DNA of 64,000 nt from Bacteroidaceae bacterium (GCA_963654355.1 CAVKBM010000003.1:12056-76055), one strand, 5' to 3'. Shown: positions 1 through 9,585, counted from the first letter of the stretch. The notes: generated by a model not told the origin, from the sequence alone. Numbers and translations are program-made.

Positions 1-1
1 A

Positions 2-874
2 GTAGAGAAGCCTAAGGTCGTGGAGACAATAGATGATTTTGTGCAGAAAGAGAAAGAAAACAAAGAGTATGTCCCACAAGCGGAGACAGAAGAAGGAGAA
101 ATCTTGAATGTTCTGTTGGCTTTTGTGCCGCAGAACATAAAAGTGTTGTCGACCACCGATTTTGATGCTTATTTTGTGAACGACAGCAATTATTATTTGG
201 CTTATAACATTGCGACAGTTGTTGGCACAAAGTTTGTTAGTCGAGCCGTCGGGTTTATTCAGCCGAACACAAAAATCATAATCAAAGAGTCAATGAAGAG
301 CGAGTTGAACGATTGGGAGAACGTGCGAGTGCAACTGTTCGCTTTGAAACAAGATAAACCATACTCTCTGAAGACTGTTTATGATGTTAAACTTAAACTG
401 AATCCTGTGAAGTTCTTCAAATTGCATAGTTTCGTTGAAAACGATTATTTTGATGAGTTGGCAATGGTCTTCCCGATTGTGAAGAATGACATGGCAACCA
501 ATTCTGTATTGGTGGAAGATGAGATTGAAAAAATTGCGGCGAAAGAGAAAGGCACTATCGCTCGAAAGTTTTCAAAACCAAACCAAAGCCCTGAAATCAT
601 TGTGAAAGACTTACATGTTAATGCGTTGTTAGACAATACCAATGGTATGAGTGCGTATGATATGTTGCAGTATCAGTTGAAAGTTTTTGAGGAGACGATG
701 CAGGAAAACTTGAAACATAAAGGTCAGCAGATAGTCTTTATCCATGGAAAAGGAAATGGTGTATTACGCAAAGCCGTTTTAGATGAATTGAAGAAGAAAT
801 ACTCAACTTGCTATGTGCGAGATGCCTCTTTTCAAGAGTATGGTTATGGAGCGTCAATGGTAACAATAAAATAA
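2..874 (+). CDS. Smr (MutS2-like small nuclease) domain protein; 5' end cut by window edge
   Basis: The frame is open from base 2, with no stop upstream of the GTG at 20. The C-terminal ~80 aa 'QIVFIHGKGNGVLRKAVLDELKK...YGYGASMVTIK' looks like an Smr domain. Confidence 0.7.
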   Translation, partial: VEKPKVVETIDDFVQKEKENKEYVPQAETEEGEILNVLLAFVPQNIKVLSTTDFDAYFVNDSNYYLAYNIATVVGTKFVSRAVGFIQPNTKIIIKESMKSELNDWENVRVQLFALKQDKPYSLKTVYDVKLKLNPVKFFKLHSFVENDYFDELAMVFPIVKNDMATNSVLVEDEIEKIAAKEKGTIARKFSKPNQSPEIIVKDLHVNALLDNTNGMSAYDMLQYQLKVFEETMQENLKHKGQQIVFIHGKGNGVLRKAVLDELKKKYSTCYVRDASFQEYGYGASMVTIK

Positions 875-1011
875 TGGCAGACAATTATTTAGAAAAACGG
901 CAGGAGTCCTACGAAGAGAGGAAAAGAAAGTGGGAGAAAAAGTACGCGCTTGAGATGCTGAAACAACGTATTCAGAAAGTAAGGGAAACGTCGGAAAAAG
1001 AGAAAATATAG
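874..1011 (+). CDS. Small basic coiled-coil protein (45 aa), hypothetical
   Basis: The ATG at 874 overlaps the upstream TAA by 1 nt (TAATG). Product is 'MADNYLEKRQESYEERKRKWEKKY...'. A terminator hairpin follows. The listed 808..1011 ORF is this frame with a spurious upstream start. Confidence 0.5.
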   Translation: MADNYLEKRQESYEERKRKWEKKYALEMLKQRIQKVRETSEKEKI

Positions 1012-1045
1012 GGCAGTGAATTTCTAATGTGCAGCATATTTTAAC

Positions 1046-1090
1046 AAAAGGAATTATTTTTACAAAAAAGATAATTCCTTTTGTAATTTT
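1046..1090 (+). terminator. Intrinsic terminator
   Basis: 12-bp stem AAAAGGAATTAT (1046-1057) pairs with ATAATTCCTTTT (1071-1082), followed by a T-rich stretch. Confidence 0.7.
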
Positions 1091-1147
1091 CAGCAAAAAA
1101 AACTTGTCAAAGTAGTACTTGTACAATATTTATTTATCTTGAATGTT

Positions 1148-1155
1148 TAAATTTG
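1148..1155 (+). promoter_or_regulatory. Bacteroidetes -7 promoter element
   Basis: TAAATTTG matches the TAnnTTTG consensus, 25 nt upstream of ATG 1180. Confidence 0.5.
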
Positions 1156-1179
1156 CGAAGAATTATTTTAAAAAAATGA

Positions 1180-1656
1180 ATGAGTATGAAAAATGGAAAT
1201 GATTATTATCGTAAAGGGTTAGGGATGGGAGTTGCGCCGCATCTACATCAGTTGTGTGCAAATCTAATCATGTATGGATTAATGAATCGAGTTCCAAAAC
1301 ATCTTAGACTGAATTTTCTTCCTGATTCCACAGTGAAGGAGGACTTGAAAGAAGGAGAAAAGAGAATACGCCCAGATATTTCATACTATACGAAAGCGAG
1401 TTATAGAAAGGGAGATTGTAACCATTCAAATCTATTGTTTGTTGTTGAGGTTGTAAATGTAAATGGGGTCGGGTATTCTACAAGAAGGATCAAAGAATTG
1501 TTTCATAGAGAACCTTCGTTACAGGAGGCCTTTTTATACAATTATGAGGAAAAAAAGTGGACTCGCTTTTTAAGAGAAAATGGAAAAGTAGACGATAAGG
1601 AGGATCCTTATTCTTTCACGTTTGGATTTTGTATGTCATCTATAGAAGGATTGTAA
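1180..1656 (+). CDS. Uma2-like (PD-(D/E)XK fold) protein, paralog A
   Basis: Motif order is GLGMGVAPHLHQ ... RIRPDISYY ... LLFVVEVV ... YSTRRIKELF ... EAFLYNYE..WTRF. This parallels the Uma2/DUF820 layout (M-x-P-x-x-x-HQ, PD, hhhhEv, S/T..K, aromatic strand). Paralogous to 1692..2186 and 3233..3763. Confidence 0.6.
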   Translation: MSMKNGNDYYRKGLGMGVAPHLHQLCANLIMYGLMNRVPKHLRLNFLPDSTVKEDLKEGEKRIRPDISYYTKASYRKGDCNHSNLLFVVEVVNVNGVGYSTRRIKELFHREPSLQEAFLYNYEEKKWTRFLRENGKVDDKEDPYSFTFGFCMSSIEGL

Positions 1657-1691
1657 TGATTGTTGTTTTGAAAGAGTAAAGTGTATAAGAT

Positions 1692-2186
1692 ATGAAAAAG
1701 ACAGAATACAGGGGTTTAGGAATGGGGGCATGTCCCCACAAGCATCAAATGTGTGTTGGAGTAATTCATAACAGATTAGTGGATAAACTATCGGCTAAGT
1801 ACAGAATTAATTTCCTTATAGATTCAACGGTGACTGAGGTGGAATGGCAAGAAGGGGAGAGGAGAGTGCGACCAGATATTTCATTTTATGCAAAGGTGAA
1901 TGTTACAAAGGATGAGGTTGAACATTCAAATCTTTTGTTTGTGGTAGAAATTGTGAGGTGTGGAGGCGAAAATTATTCAACAGAAAGAATTAAAGAACTT
2001 TTAAACAAAAGCAAGACGCTGAGGGAAGCGTTCATTTACAATTATGAGAAGAATGAATGGATCCGATTTTCAAAGGAAGCGAAAGACGGTGTAATTGACG
2101 ACTATTCTGTTGTCTTTGGATTTGCTTTGGGTCCGATTGGCGATTTGTGTGTAGGTCCTAAGTCTACTTCATATCCACTAAAATAG
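1692..2186 (+). CDS. Uma2-like (PD-(D/E)XK fold) protein, paralog B
   Basis: Motifs GLGMGACPHKHQ ... RVRPDISFY ... LLFVVEIV ... YSTERIKELL ... EAFIYNYE..WIRF. Lies 35 nt after paralog A. Confidence 0.6.
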   Translation: MKKTEYRGLGMGACPHKHQMCVGVIHNRLVDKLSAKYRINFLIDSTVTEVEWQEGERRVRPDISFYAKVNVTKDEVEHSNLLFVVEIVRCGGENYSTERIKELLNKSKTLREAFIYNYEKNEWIRFSKEAKDGVIDDYSVVFGFALGPIGDLCVGPKSTSYPLK

Positions 2187-2259
2187 GAGATTGTCTTTCT
2201 ATAACATTAAGCGAAAATTATTAACTTTGTCATCCTTGCAAAAGAAAGAGTTTTCGCTA

Positions 2260-3213
2260 ATGAATTATATAAAGAAATTGTTGGTCGGCGGAATTGCGAT
2301 TATTGCGCCGATTTGGGTTATTGGACAGGAGTATGAAGCAGTGATGGGCGAACGATATGAGCCTGCGGTATCTGATTCAACAGATTTTGTAGTGGATGAA
2401 GATGAGTCAACTTTAGAGAGTGATTCTCTTATAGTTAATTCTGTTACTACGATGAGTTTGCCTGTTGATTCGTTGCAGAATATTGATTCCTTGCTTGTCG
2501 CCCGTTATCGTTTAGGATGGGATAGTATGCGTGTAAATCCATACGCTTATCCAATTGATTCTATCAAAGATACTTTCGTAGTAGATTGTCGTGGTTTCTA
2601 TCCTCCGAATGTTAATGTCGTAACTTCGGAATGTGGAGAGCGTTGGGGACGCTTTCATGCGGGTACGGATATGAGACTGAAGGTGGGCGATTCTATTTAT
2701 GCTGCGTTTGATGGAAAAGTTCGAATGGCGAGATATGGGCATCCACGCAAAGGGTATGGCTATTATGTTGTTTTGCAACATGCAAATGGCTTAGAGACGC
2801 TATACGGACATTTGTCAAAGATTTTGGTGAAAGTAAACCAGGATGTGAAAGCAGGTGATGTGATTGCATATGGTGGAAATACAGGTCGCTCGACGGGACC
2901 TCATTTACATTTTGAGTTTCGTTATTTAGGAAATCCTATCAACACAAGAAATTTGTTGTCTATTACAGACAGCACAATGGAGATGAGGGCAGACACCTAT
3001 GTCGTACGTCCGTCTGGAAAGAATATCAGTGGCTCTTTTGATGAATTTTATAAATATAAGAATAGTCCAGCGGTTTATCACAAAGTGCGCTCGGGGGATA
3101 ATTTAGGAAAGATAGCGAGGAAATATCATACAACAGTTTCAAAGCTTTGTAAACTGAACAAAATAAAATCTACTACGATTTTGAGGATTGGAAGACGATT
3201 GAGAGTGAGATAA
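2260..3213 (+). CDS. M23 family metallopeptidase with C-terminal LysM domain
   Basis: HxxxD motif 'HAGTDM', 'GYGYYVVLQH', and HxH motif 'GPHLHFEF'. LysM domain 'YHKVRSGDNLGKIARKYHTTVSKLCKLN'. The ATG at 2260 gives a hydrophobic N-terminal anchor (MNYIKKLLVGGIAIIAPIWV). The TTG at 2191 is less likely. Confidence 0.88.
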   Translation: MNYIKKLLVGGIAIIAPIWVIGQEYEAVMGERYEPAVSDSTDFVVDEDESTLESDSLIVNSVTTMSLPVDSLQNIDSLLVARYRLGWDSMRVNPYAYPIDSIKDTFVVDCRGFYPPNVNVVTSECGERWGRFHAGTDMRLKVGDSIYAAFDGKVRMARYGHPRKGYGYYVVLQHANGLETLYGHLSKILVKVNQDVKAGDVIAYGGNTGRSTGPHLHFEFRYLGNPINTRNLLSITDSTMEMRADTYVVRPSGKNISGSFDEFYKYKNSPAVYHKVRSGDNLGKIARKYHTTVSKLCKLNKIKSTTILRIGRRLRVR

Positions 3214-3232
3214 TTTATAAAACTAATTTTCT

Positions 3233-3763
3233 ATGAGAAGAAGGAACAACAAAAGGGGGTTAGGGATGGGAGTCCCATCAAAGAACCATCAAGGTATTGT
3301 TGGGAGAGCATTCCGAAAATTAATAGGATTGGTGTCAGAGTCCTATGAGAATAATTTTGCAATAGACACGACGCTTCAAGTTGCTGTAGATTGGAGAGAA
3401 GGAGAGAGGAAGATTCGTCCAGATATCGCATTTTACGATTTTTGGGAGGAAAGAGAAAATGAAAAAAAGAAAAAAGTTATAATCTGGAAAGATGTCCTTT
3501 TCGTTTTGGAAATCGTTGATAACGATGGCGTAAGTTACTCTACGGATAGACTGCGTGACATCTTCGTTCGAGAGCCTTCTATCATTGAGGGCTTCCTTTA
3601 TAATTATGAAAGAAACTCGTGGACACGCTTTTCAAAAAAAGATGGCGGTATGGATAATCCTAGGCAGACTTCCTATTCTTTGACTTTTAAATGTGATATT
3701 GCATCTGTGGTGAAAACAAGGGTACAGGGGGGAAAGATGTCTCGGTTTAGTCAATGTGATTGA
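3233..3763 (+). CDS. Uma2-like (PD-(D/E)XK fold) protein, paralog C (most divergent)
   Basis: Motifs GLGMGVPSKNHQ ... KIRPDIAFY ... VLFVLEIV ... YSTDRLRDIF ... EGFLYNYE..WTRF. Lies 19 nt after the M23 gene. Confidence 0.6.
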   Translation: MRRRNNKRGLGMGVPSKNHQGIVGRAFRKLIGLVSESYENNFAIDTTLQVAVDWREGERKIRPDIAFYDFWEERENEKKKKVIIWKDVLFVLEIVDNDGVSYSTDRLRDIFVREPSIIEGFLYNYERNSWTRFSKKDGGMDNPRQTSYSLTFKCDIASVVKTRVQGGKMSRFSQCD

Positions 3764-3767
3764 AAGT

Positions 3768-3807
3768 ATAGCGGAATGGGCAATCTACCTACTCCGCTAT
3801 TTTTTTG
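3768..3807 (+). terminator. Intrinsic terminator closing the 1180-3763 operon
   Basis: Stem ATAGCGGA (3768-3775) pairs with TCCGCTAT (3793-3800), followed by a T6 run. Confidence 0.7.
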
Positions 3808-3817
3808 TTTGCCTCGC

Positions 3818-6505
3818 CTATCGCGCGTTAGCAATAATCATACTGCGTATCCTCTCGTTAAACTCGTCATTGGAGATGAGGTCTTCAAGGTTGATGTGTA
3901 TTCTGTAACGCCAATAGTTGTCTGGGTCGCCTGGGTCATTGATGCGTTCTTTGAATGTTTCGCTCCAACGAACCTTGCCGTCGGTTGCCATCCAATCTTG
4001 AATCGGGAGTATAACCCATGCTGCTGGAGATTTGAGATGTTTCTCAATAATCTGACGAACAATCCAGGGTTCGCAAAAGAATGGTGCGCCTCCGAATTGG
4101 TGTAACTCATTGCTGAAATACCTTTGGACGCTGTCTCTTTCTGTTTCCCACCATTGCCTCATCGTACTCATATCGTGGGTTGAAGTCGTGCAGACTGAAA
4201 GACGCGGTATGCGACTCAGATTGTCAAATTCGACATAAGGTTGTTTCGGCATTCTCTGAATCTCTAAACAAAGAATTTGTAGTTCACGCATAACGGGAGC
4301 AACACATGGAGGCACCATTCCCAAATCTTCTGCGCATACCATCATGTTGGTAGAGTTGACCATGGCAGAGAGCTTCTTTTTCGCTCCGTCATGCCAGAAA
4401 TCGTTGTGTCGGCTGAAATTGAAGTACTCGTAGATATAGCTCAGCTTGTCTCTCATCTCTTGGGGTAACGTAGGGAATACGAAACTTGAAGTTAATGAGA
4501 TACGTGGGTGATATTTGCCCTTTTCTTTGTAATCTTCCACAAAAAGTACTTGACAGCAGAGTAGGTAAAGTCCCTTTTTGAGTTCAATATTCGTAGGGTC
4601 GGATGGTATATGCTCGTCTATTTTTGCCTGTGTACTGTACTCTGGTTTGAGATGATAGAATTCTGCTCCGTCAGATATTAAGTATTTTTTTCTTACTTCA
4701 TTAGCCTTTTTGCCAAAGATGTTGTCTATAACGGTATCGTTGATAAGAGGTTCTGTGAGTTTCCCCTTGTCAAATTTAAGTCCGAAATTTTCGATTTCTT
4801 CAATGCTGAGTGGCATAGCAGGGGTGAACTGACCTAATAGACCGTAGTGAGAGTCGGTAGGTGTCCTGAAAATGCGGAAAAAACCTAATATGTGGTCAAT
4901 TCTGTATGCGTCAAAATATTCAGACATGACGGAGAGGCGTCTCCTCCACCATTGGTAGCCGTCTTCCTCCATTTTATCCCAGTTGTATATAGGAAATCCC
5001 CACACTTGACCCGTGCGTGTGAAATAATCAGGTGGAGCACCTGCACAACCGTTGCGGTCAAATAAATCTGGCTGTTTCCATACATCCACGCTACATGGAC
5101 TAACGCCAATGGGAATATCTCCCTTTAGGGCTACTCCTTTTGTATGTGCATAGTCCACGGCCTCTTTCAACTGCCTATAGAGGTGGTATTGTACGAAGAA
5201 ATGTATGGCGACATGGTCATATTCCATATTAGAGGGGTCGCAATATGATTCAACACGTTTTGCGTCGTAGATTGCATCTCGTCCCCAATGACTGAAATCG
5301 GTGGTTGAAAATTTATAGTGGAGGAAGCAGAATACAGCGTAGGGTTTTAGCCAATCTTCCTGCTCCTTCATGAATCTTTTGAAATCCTCTGTCGCGAAGG
5401 TCTCTTTGGCGTAGAGGTCGTAGAGTTCGTGGAAATAGATCCACTTGTATTTGTTGACGGCTTCATAATCGACGAAGGTTTCTTCGTTGAGTTCTTTCTT
5501 TTGCGCCTTGTATTTCTTTGTGTCTTTCACTTTTCCAATTTTATCTATGTTGAGATACATTGGATGAAGTGCATACACGGAGATGGCGTTGTAGGGGTAT
5601 GAGTCTCTCCATGTGCCGAAATTCGATGTGTCGTTGATTGGCAATGTTTGGATGATTCGTTGACCTGTTTTTTCGCACCAATCTGCTAATTTCTTCAAAT
5701 CATTGAACTCCCCAACACCGAAGCTGTCTTTTGAACGAAGAGAAAAAATAGGCACAACCGTACCCGCTGCTTTGAACGCTGGTAGGGCAAAGTCTGGTTC
5801 AGGGTCGTTGACAATCACTATGTCTGTTGAAATTGAAAAATCAGGCATTAGGTAGTGGTTGTCTCCTGCTTCCCAACATTGAATGACTTTGTTCTTTGGG
5901 TCACGGACAACATATTTGTATTTGAGTGGGAAGTCAATTTTGTTTCCGTCTAATACCTTGGCAAAGTGAGGGTATTGAAGAGGGTTGAGAGACACTGCCG
6001 CATCCTCTTCCCATTTGCCGAGAGCTGAAGCGTCGCCTACGATGGCCAATTCGTGATTATGGTTTACTTTTGTGCTGACCGTCCTGAAAATGAAAGGTAT
6101 TTTTTCAGATCCTCTCTTGATTGGCTTTTCATCATGCCTGCGAATGGCTTTTTGCATTACTGCCGACATTTCCATTCGCCCTATAGTGGGGTAGGCGTTG
6201 AATGTGTCATAGATGAGGATTGTATTGTATTCTTTGCTTAATGGACTAAAAGTGTGGGACAGTGGTTCCTCTGTTCGTATTTTGTTGCCGAATTTGCAGA
6301 TGTAGAAGTTGTATCGGAATGTCTTGTCGTTAGTGTAAAAGGTGGTTTTCCAACCATGTTCTGTGTATTCCAATGGAAGTCCGGCTCCGTTTGAACCGCG
6401 GAGCGCTTCAGTGTCTCCTTCTATGGATACTTCTTCGCCCCATTGGGAGTCATATCTTAGGTAAAGGGTTATTTTCATACGTTTTATTTGATTAGTTTCG
6501 TTCAA
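3818..6505 (-). CDS. malQ: 4-alpha-glucanotransferase (GH77 amylomaltase) with two N-terminal CBM20-like starch-binding modules
   Basis: GH77 signatures 'YNAISVYALHPMYLN', 'RIDHILGFFRIF', 'CAEDLGMVP'. N-terminal 'ELAIVGDASALGKWEE' is CBM20-like. 895 aa. Confidence 0.92.
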   Translation of the reverse strand: MNETNQIKRMKITLYLRYDSQWGEEVSIEGDTEALRGSNGAGLPLEYTEHGWKTTFYTNDKTFRYNFYICKFGNKIRTEEPLSHTFSPLSKEYNTILIYDTFNAYPTIGRMEMSAVMQKAIRRHDEKPIKRGSEKIPFIFRTVSTKVNHNHELAIVGDASALGKWEEDAAVSLNPLQYPHFAKVLDGNKIDFPLKYKYVVRDPKNKVIQCWEAGDNHYLMPDFSISTDIVIVNDPEPDFALPAFKAAGTVVPIFSLRSKDSFGVGEFNDLKKLADWCEKTGQRIIQTLPINDTSNFGTWRDSYPYNAISVYALHPMYLNIDKIGKVKDTKKYKAQKKELNEETFVDYEAVNKYKWIYFHELYDLYAKETFATEDFKRFMKEQEDWLKPYAVFCFLHYKFSTTDFSHWGRDAIYDAKRVESYCDPSNMEYDHVAIHFFVQYHLYRQLKEAVDYAHTKGVALKGDIPIGVSPCSVDVWKQPDLFDRNGCAGAPPDYFTRTGQVWGFPIYNWDKMEEDGYQWWRRRLSVMSEYFDAYRIDHILGFFRIFRTPTDSHYGLLGQFTPAMPLSIEEIENFGLKFDKGKLTEPLINDTVIDNIFGKKANEVRKKYLISDGAEFYHLKPEYSTQAKIDEHIPSDPTNIELKKGLYLLCCQVLFVEDYKEKGKYHPRISLTSSFVFPTLPQEMRDKLSYIYEYFNFSRHNDFWHDGAKKKLSAMVNSTNMMVCAEDLGMVPPCVAPVMRELQILCLEIQRMPKQPYVEFDNLSRIPRLSVCTTSTHDMSTMRQWWETERDSVQRYFSNELHQFGGAPFFCEPWIVRQIIEKHLKSPAAWVILPIQDWMATDGKVRWSETFKERINDPGDPDNYWRYRIHINLEDLISNDEFNERIRSMIIANAR

Positions 6506-6516
6506 GAATAGGTCGT

Positions 6517-7221
6517 TTACTCGTTTTCTGGTACGGTTTCACCCTTTCTGTAATAATAGATGACACCATATTCGCGACAGCTATTGATTTTTTCTTGAGG
6601 AGGAAGATTTTCGTATTTCTTTTCTACTTCATCCCAAATTTCAAGAATCAGTTTGTCTACTTCTTTATTGAGGTTCGCAATATTCTCGATACAGCGAGCG
6701 GTGTTATTTTGTAAAACCTTTTGATAGTTGTATCCTTCTGCGAAGATGTCGTAAAAAACGCGGACTTTCCCGATTGGGGGATTGTAGATGGGTACGCCAC
6801 CTTGTGAGAGTCGTTGTTGCTCACCATTGATGATTTTTTTTCCCCAATCGAAGATGTTTTCGTCGGTGGTGAGGTCGGGAACCGCAAAGTTTTCGGGCTC
6901 TAATCCGTATAATTTTTTCGCTTCGGTTTTTATCTCGTTTCGTTGCACGCACATATTCAGCACTTGAATGAAGTGGGAGATGTATAGGCGTGCTGTTTTA
7001 GCGTCTTCTTGCAGTTTTTTGTTTCTAGTGAATTGATTTTCGCTGCACTGACGGCTTTCTCCTAACGCTCTTTGATAGCGGACGAGCATCGCTTTGGCAT
7101 TCTCCCATAGTTTGTAGGAGAATGCAAGGCTGTAGAGGTCAATTTCGTAGCCGCTGTTTACCGCCTGTTGAAGAGAACGTAACCTCGCTTGGTTCGTGTT
7201 GGGAAGTCTTCTGTATGGCAT
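6517..7221 (-). CDS. Hypothetical protein
   Basis: Long ORF. The start at 7221 (MPYRRLPNT) avoids overlap with the upstream gene's stop at 7229. No recognisable motif. Confidence 0.55.
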   Translation of the reverse strand: MPYRRLPNTNQARLRSLQQAVNSGYEIDLYSLAFSYKLWENAKAMLVRYQRALGESRQCSENQFTRNKKLQEDAKTARLYISHFIQVLNMCVQRNEIKTEAKKLYGLEPENFAVPDLTTDENIFDWGKKIINGEQQRLSQGGVPIYNPPIGKVRVFYDIFAEGYNYQKVLQNNTARCIENIANLNKEVDKLILEIWDEVEKKYENLPPQEKINSCREYGVIYYYRKGETVPENE

Positions 7222-7228
7222 GGCAAAA

Positions 7229-8200
7229 TTAACTGATTCTGTAAAGCAATTTCTCTGCAAGGTCGTAAAAGGCTTGCTTCTCTGACTCTGGTCTGTTGAC
7301 TTTTCTCAATGCTTCAATGGCTTGTTGATAATAACACTCCATCTCCTTCTCCGTTAGGGTACGAAGTCCGAGGTTGTCATATATTTTGGTTACAGCGGCT
7401 ATTTTTTCTTCTCTGTTAAACTCTTCTTTTTGAATCCATGAGAGAAGTTCTTTTTTTTCTTCTCCTTCTGCTTTTTGCAGCGCGTTGATCAAAAGGAATG
7501 TTTTTTTATTGCAACTGATGTCTCCGCCAATTTGCTTTCCGAAGCTTTTCTCATCGCCGTACACATCTAATATGTCGTCTTTTAGTTGAAATGCGATTCC
7601 TATACCGATGCCAAATTCGTAGAGGTATTGTGCGTCTATCTCACTGGCTCCTCCACAGATAGCGCCGATTTTCAGACTGCCTGCCAAAAGAACCGCCGTT
7701 TTCAATCGAATCATCTCAATGTACTCTTTTACGCTTACATCTGTTCGGTTCTCGAAGTCTATGTCGTATTGCTGACCGTCGCATACCTCGGCGGCTGTTT
7801 TTGAGAAGAGACTTAGCAGTTGAGGCAAGACCGTAGGATCGCATTGCTCTAATAATTGATAGGCTTTGATGAGCATGGCGTCGCCTGAAAGAATGGCTTC
7901 GCTGTCGTTCCATTTGATGTGAACGCAAGGGTGTCCACGACGCACCTCCGCACGGTCCATAATGTCGTCGTGAAGAAGTGTGAAATTATGGAAAACCTCA
8001 AGGGCAAGCGCTGGTTTAATCGCTTTATGAATATCTCCTGAAAAGAGTTCGCATGCCATTAGTGTAGTTAGTGGGCGAATCCTCTTCCCTCCTAATGAGA
8101 GTACATACTGAATGGGGGCATACAAGTCTTGGGGCTCCATATCCCACTTTAGTTTCTCTATTTCTGTAGTGATAAATGATTGTAATACTTTGGTTTCCAT
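7229..8200 (-). CDS. Polyprenyl diphosphate synthase (trans-isoprenyl diphosphate synthase family)
   Basis: Both aspartate-rich motifs are present: 'LLHDDIMD' and 'FQLKDDILD'. Confidence 0.9.
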   Translation of the reverse strand: METKVLQSFITTEIEKLKWDMEPQDLYAPIQYVLSLGGKRIRPLTTLMACELFSGDIHKAIKPALALEVFHNFTLLHDDIMDRAEVRRGHPCVHIKWNDSEAILSGDAMLIKAYQLLEQCDPTVLPQLLSLFSKTAAEVCDGQQYDIDFENRTDVSVKEYIEMIRLKTAVLLAGSLKIGAICGGASEIDAQYLYEFGIGIGIAFQLKDDILDVYGDEKSFGKQIGGDISCNKKTFLLINALQKAEGEEKKELLSWIQKEEFNREEKIAAVTKIYDNLGLRTLTEKEMECYYQQAIEALRKVNRPESEKQAFYDLAEKLLYRIS

Positions 8201-8223
8201 CTGTATGCTATTTGATTTGTTCT

Positions 8224-9015
8224 TTATTTTTCATTGGAATCTTCATTGTCAAACTTCCCTTTGCTCGTGTCTTCTCTTCGTGTGCGGTTATAACTTCTAT
8301 AGCTGTCATACTCAATCTCAACGTCGGGTTCTATAAACGCATCTTTATGGTTCAGCAGAAATGTGATATACTTGATTGTGAGTCCACGGCTGAGCCATTG
8401 CTGTTCGTAGGCGGTTTTAATAGAAAGTATCTTGTCGTCCGAGAAATCAGAATGGTAGAGGTCGTTGTTTTGAAAGACTACTTCGTAGTGGTTCGTTTTG
8501 ATCATCTCGTTTGTATAGGTGAAGAGAAAATTACTATCGGTCTTGAGGTGTATGAGACCGTTCTCTTTCACAAATTGCTGATATAGTTCCATAAAGCGGG
8601 TCGACGTGAGACGTTTGCGTACTTTCTTCATCTGTGGGTCTGGAAAGGTAATCCACACTTCGGACACCTCGTCTTTGGAGAAAAACTCATTGATGATCTC
8701 AATGTTGGTGCGGATAAAGGCTACGTTCTTCATTCCTTTTTGAAAGGATGATTTCGCTCCTGTCCACATTCGCGACCCTTTTATGTCTACTCCGATGAAG
8801 TTTTTCTCGGGATACATGTCTGCCAATTCAACTGTGTATTCGCCCTTGCCGCAACCCAACTCCAACACGATTGGGTTGTCATTGCCGAAGAATGTGTTCC
8901 ATTTGCCTTTCAACGCAAACGGCTCTTGCTTCTCGCACAACGCAGAGAACGTGTACTGAAACACGTGCGGAAACGTGTCCATATCTGCAAATTTGGCTAA
9001 TTTATTCTTTCCCAC
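8224..9015 (-). CDS. trmB: tRNA (guanine-N7)-methyltransferase
   Basis: SAM motif '[11 protein letters not shown]', plus 'NFIGVDIKG' and '[11 protein letters not shown]'. Confidence 0.9.
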   Translation of the reverse strand: MGKNKLAKFADMDTFPHVFQYTFSALCEKQEPFALKGKWNTFFGNDNPIVLELGCGKGEYTVELADMYPEKNFIGVDIKGSRMWTGAKSSFQKGMKNVAFIRTNIEIINEFFSKDEVSEVWITFPDPQMKKVRKRLTSTRFMELYQQFVKENGLIHLKTDSNFLFTYTNEMIKTNHYEVVFQNNDLYHSDFSDDKILSIKTAYEQQWLSRGLTIKYITFLLNHKDAFIEPDVEIEYDSYRSYNRTRREDTSKGKFDNEDSNEK

Positions 9016-9068
9016 AGTCTTTTGTCTTTCTGTTAATTATCTATTGCGAATGATGATGTTATGGTCGT

Positions 9069-9575
9069 TTACTTCTGCTTGTTCGCACTTGGCTTGATTC
9101 TCAATCCAATTTCATGGATGCCTTCAAGCGTGTCGTTTCTCATACCTTGCGCAATGTCGAAATGGTAGTTTCCGATCTTCGGGAACTTGATGTCTGCGAG
9201 GAAGAGTACGGGTAACTCATAGAGCGAACCTGTCGACTTCCCAATCCACTTTCCGTAATTGTCTGATAGAACGCACTCTAATGTGTCTCCATACTCAATG
9301 TTGTCTGGTGAAACGGAACGAACGAAAATCCAAAAATTCTTGTAGTTGTAGTCTGCCGAGTTGCGAATGTCAATGATGATGTCATACCTTCCTATCGTGT
9401 CGGTGGAATTGTAGTCGAACGACACCAAGTCATTCTTATACCATCCTTCCTTGCTGATTGGACTCACCTCGTGGTAGACAGCGTTGTCTCCGCAACTGCT
9501 CATCATACCTACGAATAGCATAGTCGCAAAAATGCTTTTGACAATCAGACTCGTATATGAAAATTTATTTCTCAT
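9069..9575 (-). CDS. gldH: GldH-family lipoprotein
   Basis: Lipobox 'GMMSSC'. Downstream pattern 'W.KNDLVSF...YDIIIDIRNSADYNYKNFWIFV...GDTLECVLSDNYGKWIG...GNYHFDIAQGMRNDTLEGIHEIGLRI' fits GldH. Sits in the canonical holB-PSP1-gldH neighbourhood. The start could alternatively be 9593. Confidence 0.75.
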   Translation of the reverse strand: MRNKFSYTSLIVKSIFATMLFVGMMSSCGDNAVYHEVSPISKEGWYKNDLVSFDYNSTDTIGRYDIIIDIRNSADYNYKNFWIFVRSVSPDNIEYGDTLECVLSDNYGKWIGKSTGSLYELPVLFLADIKFPKIGNYHFDIAQGMRNDTLEGIHEIGLRIKPSANKQK

Positions 9576-9585
9576 CTTTCTTAAT

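Noticed and set aside
3776-4110. 109-aa (+) and 90-aa (-) ORFs at the malQ 3' end.
   Set aside because: Both overlap the well-supported GH77 reading frame and have no motifs.
8176-8586. A 136-aa plus-strand ORF.
   Set aside because: It is antisense to trmB and has a hydrophobic, low-information composition typical of shadow ORFs.
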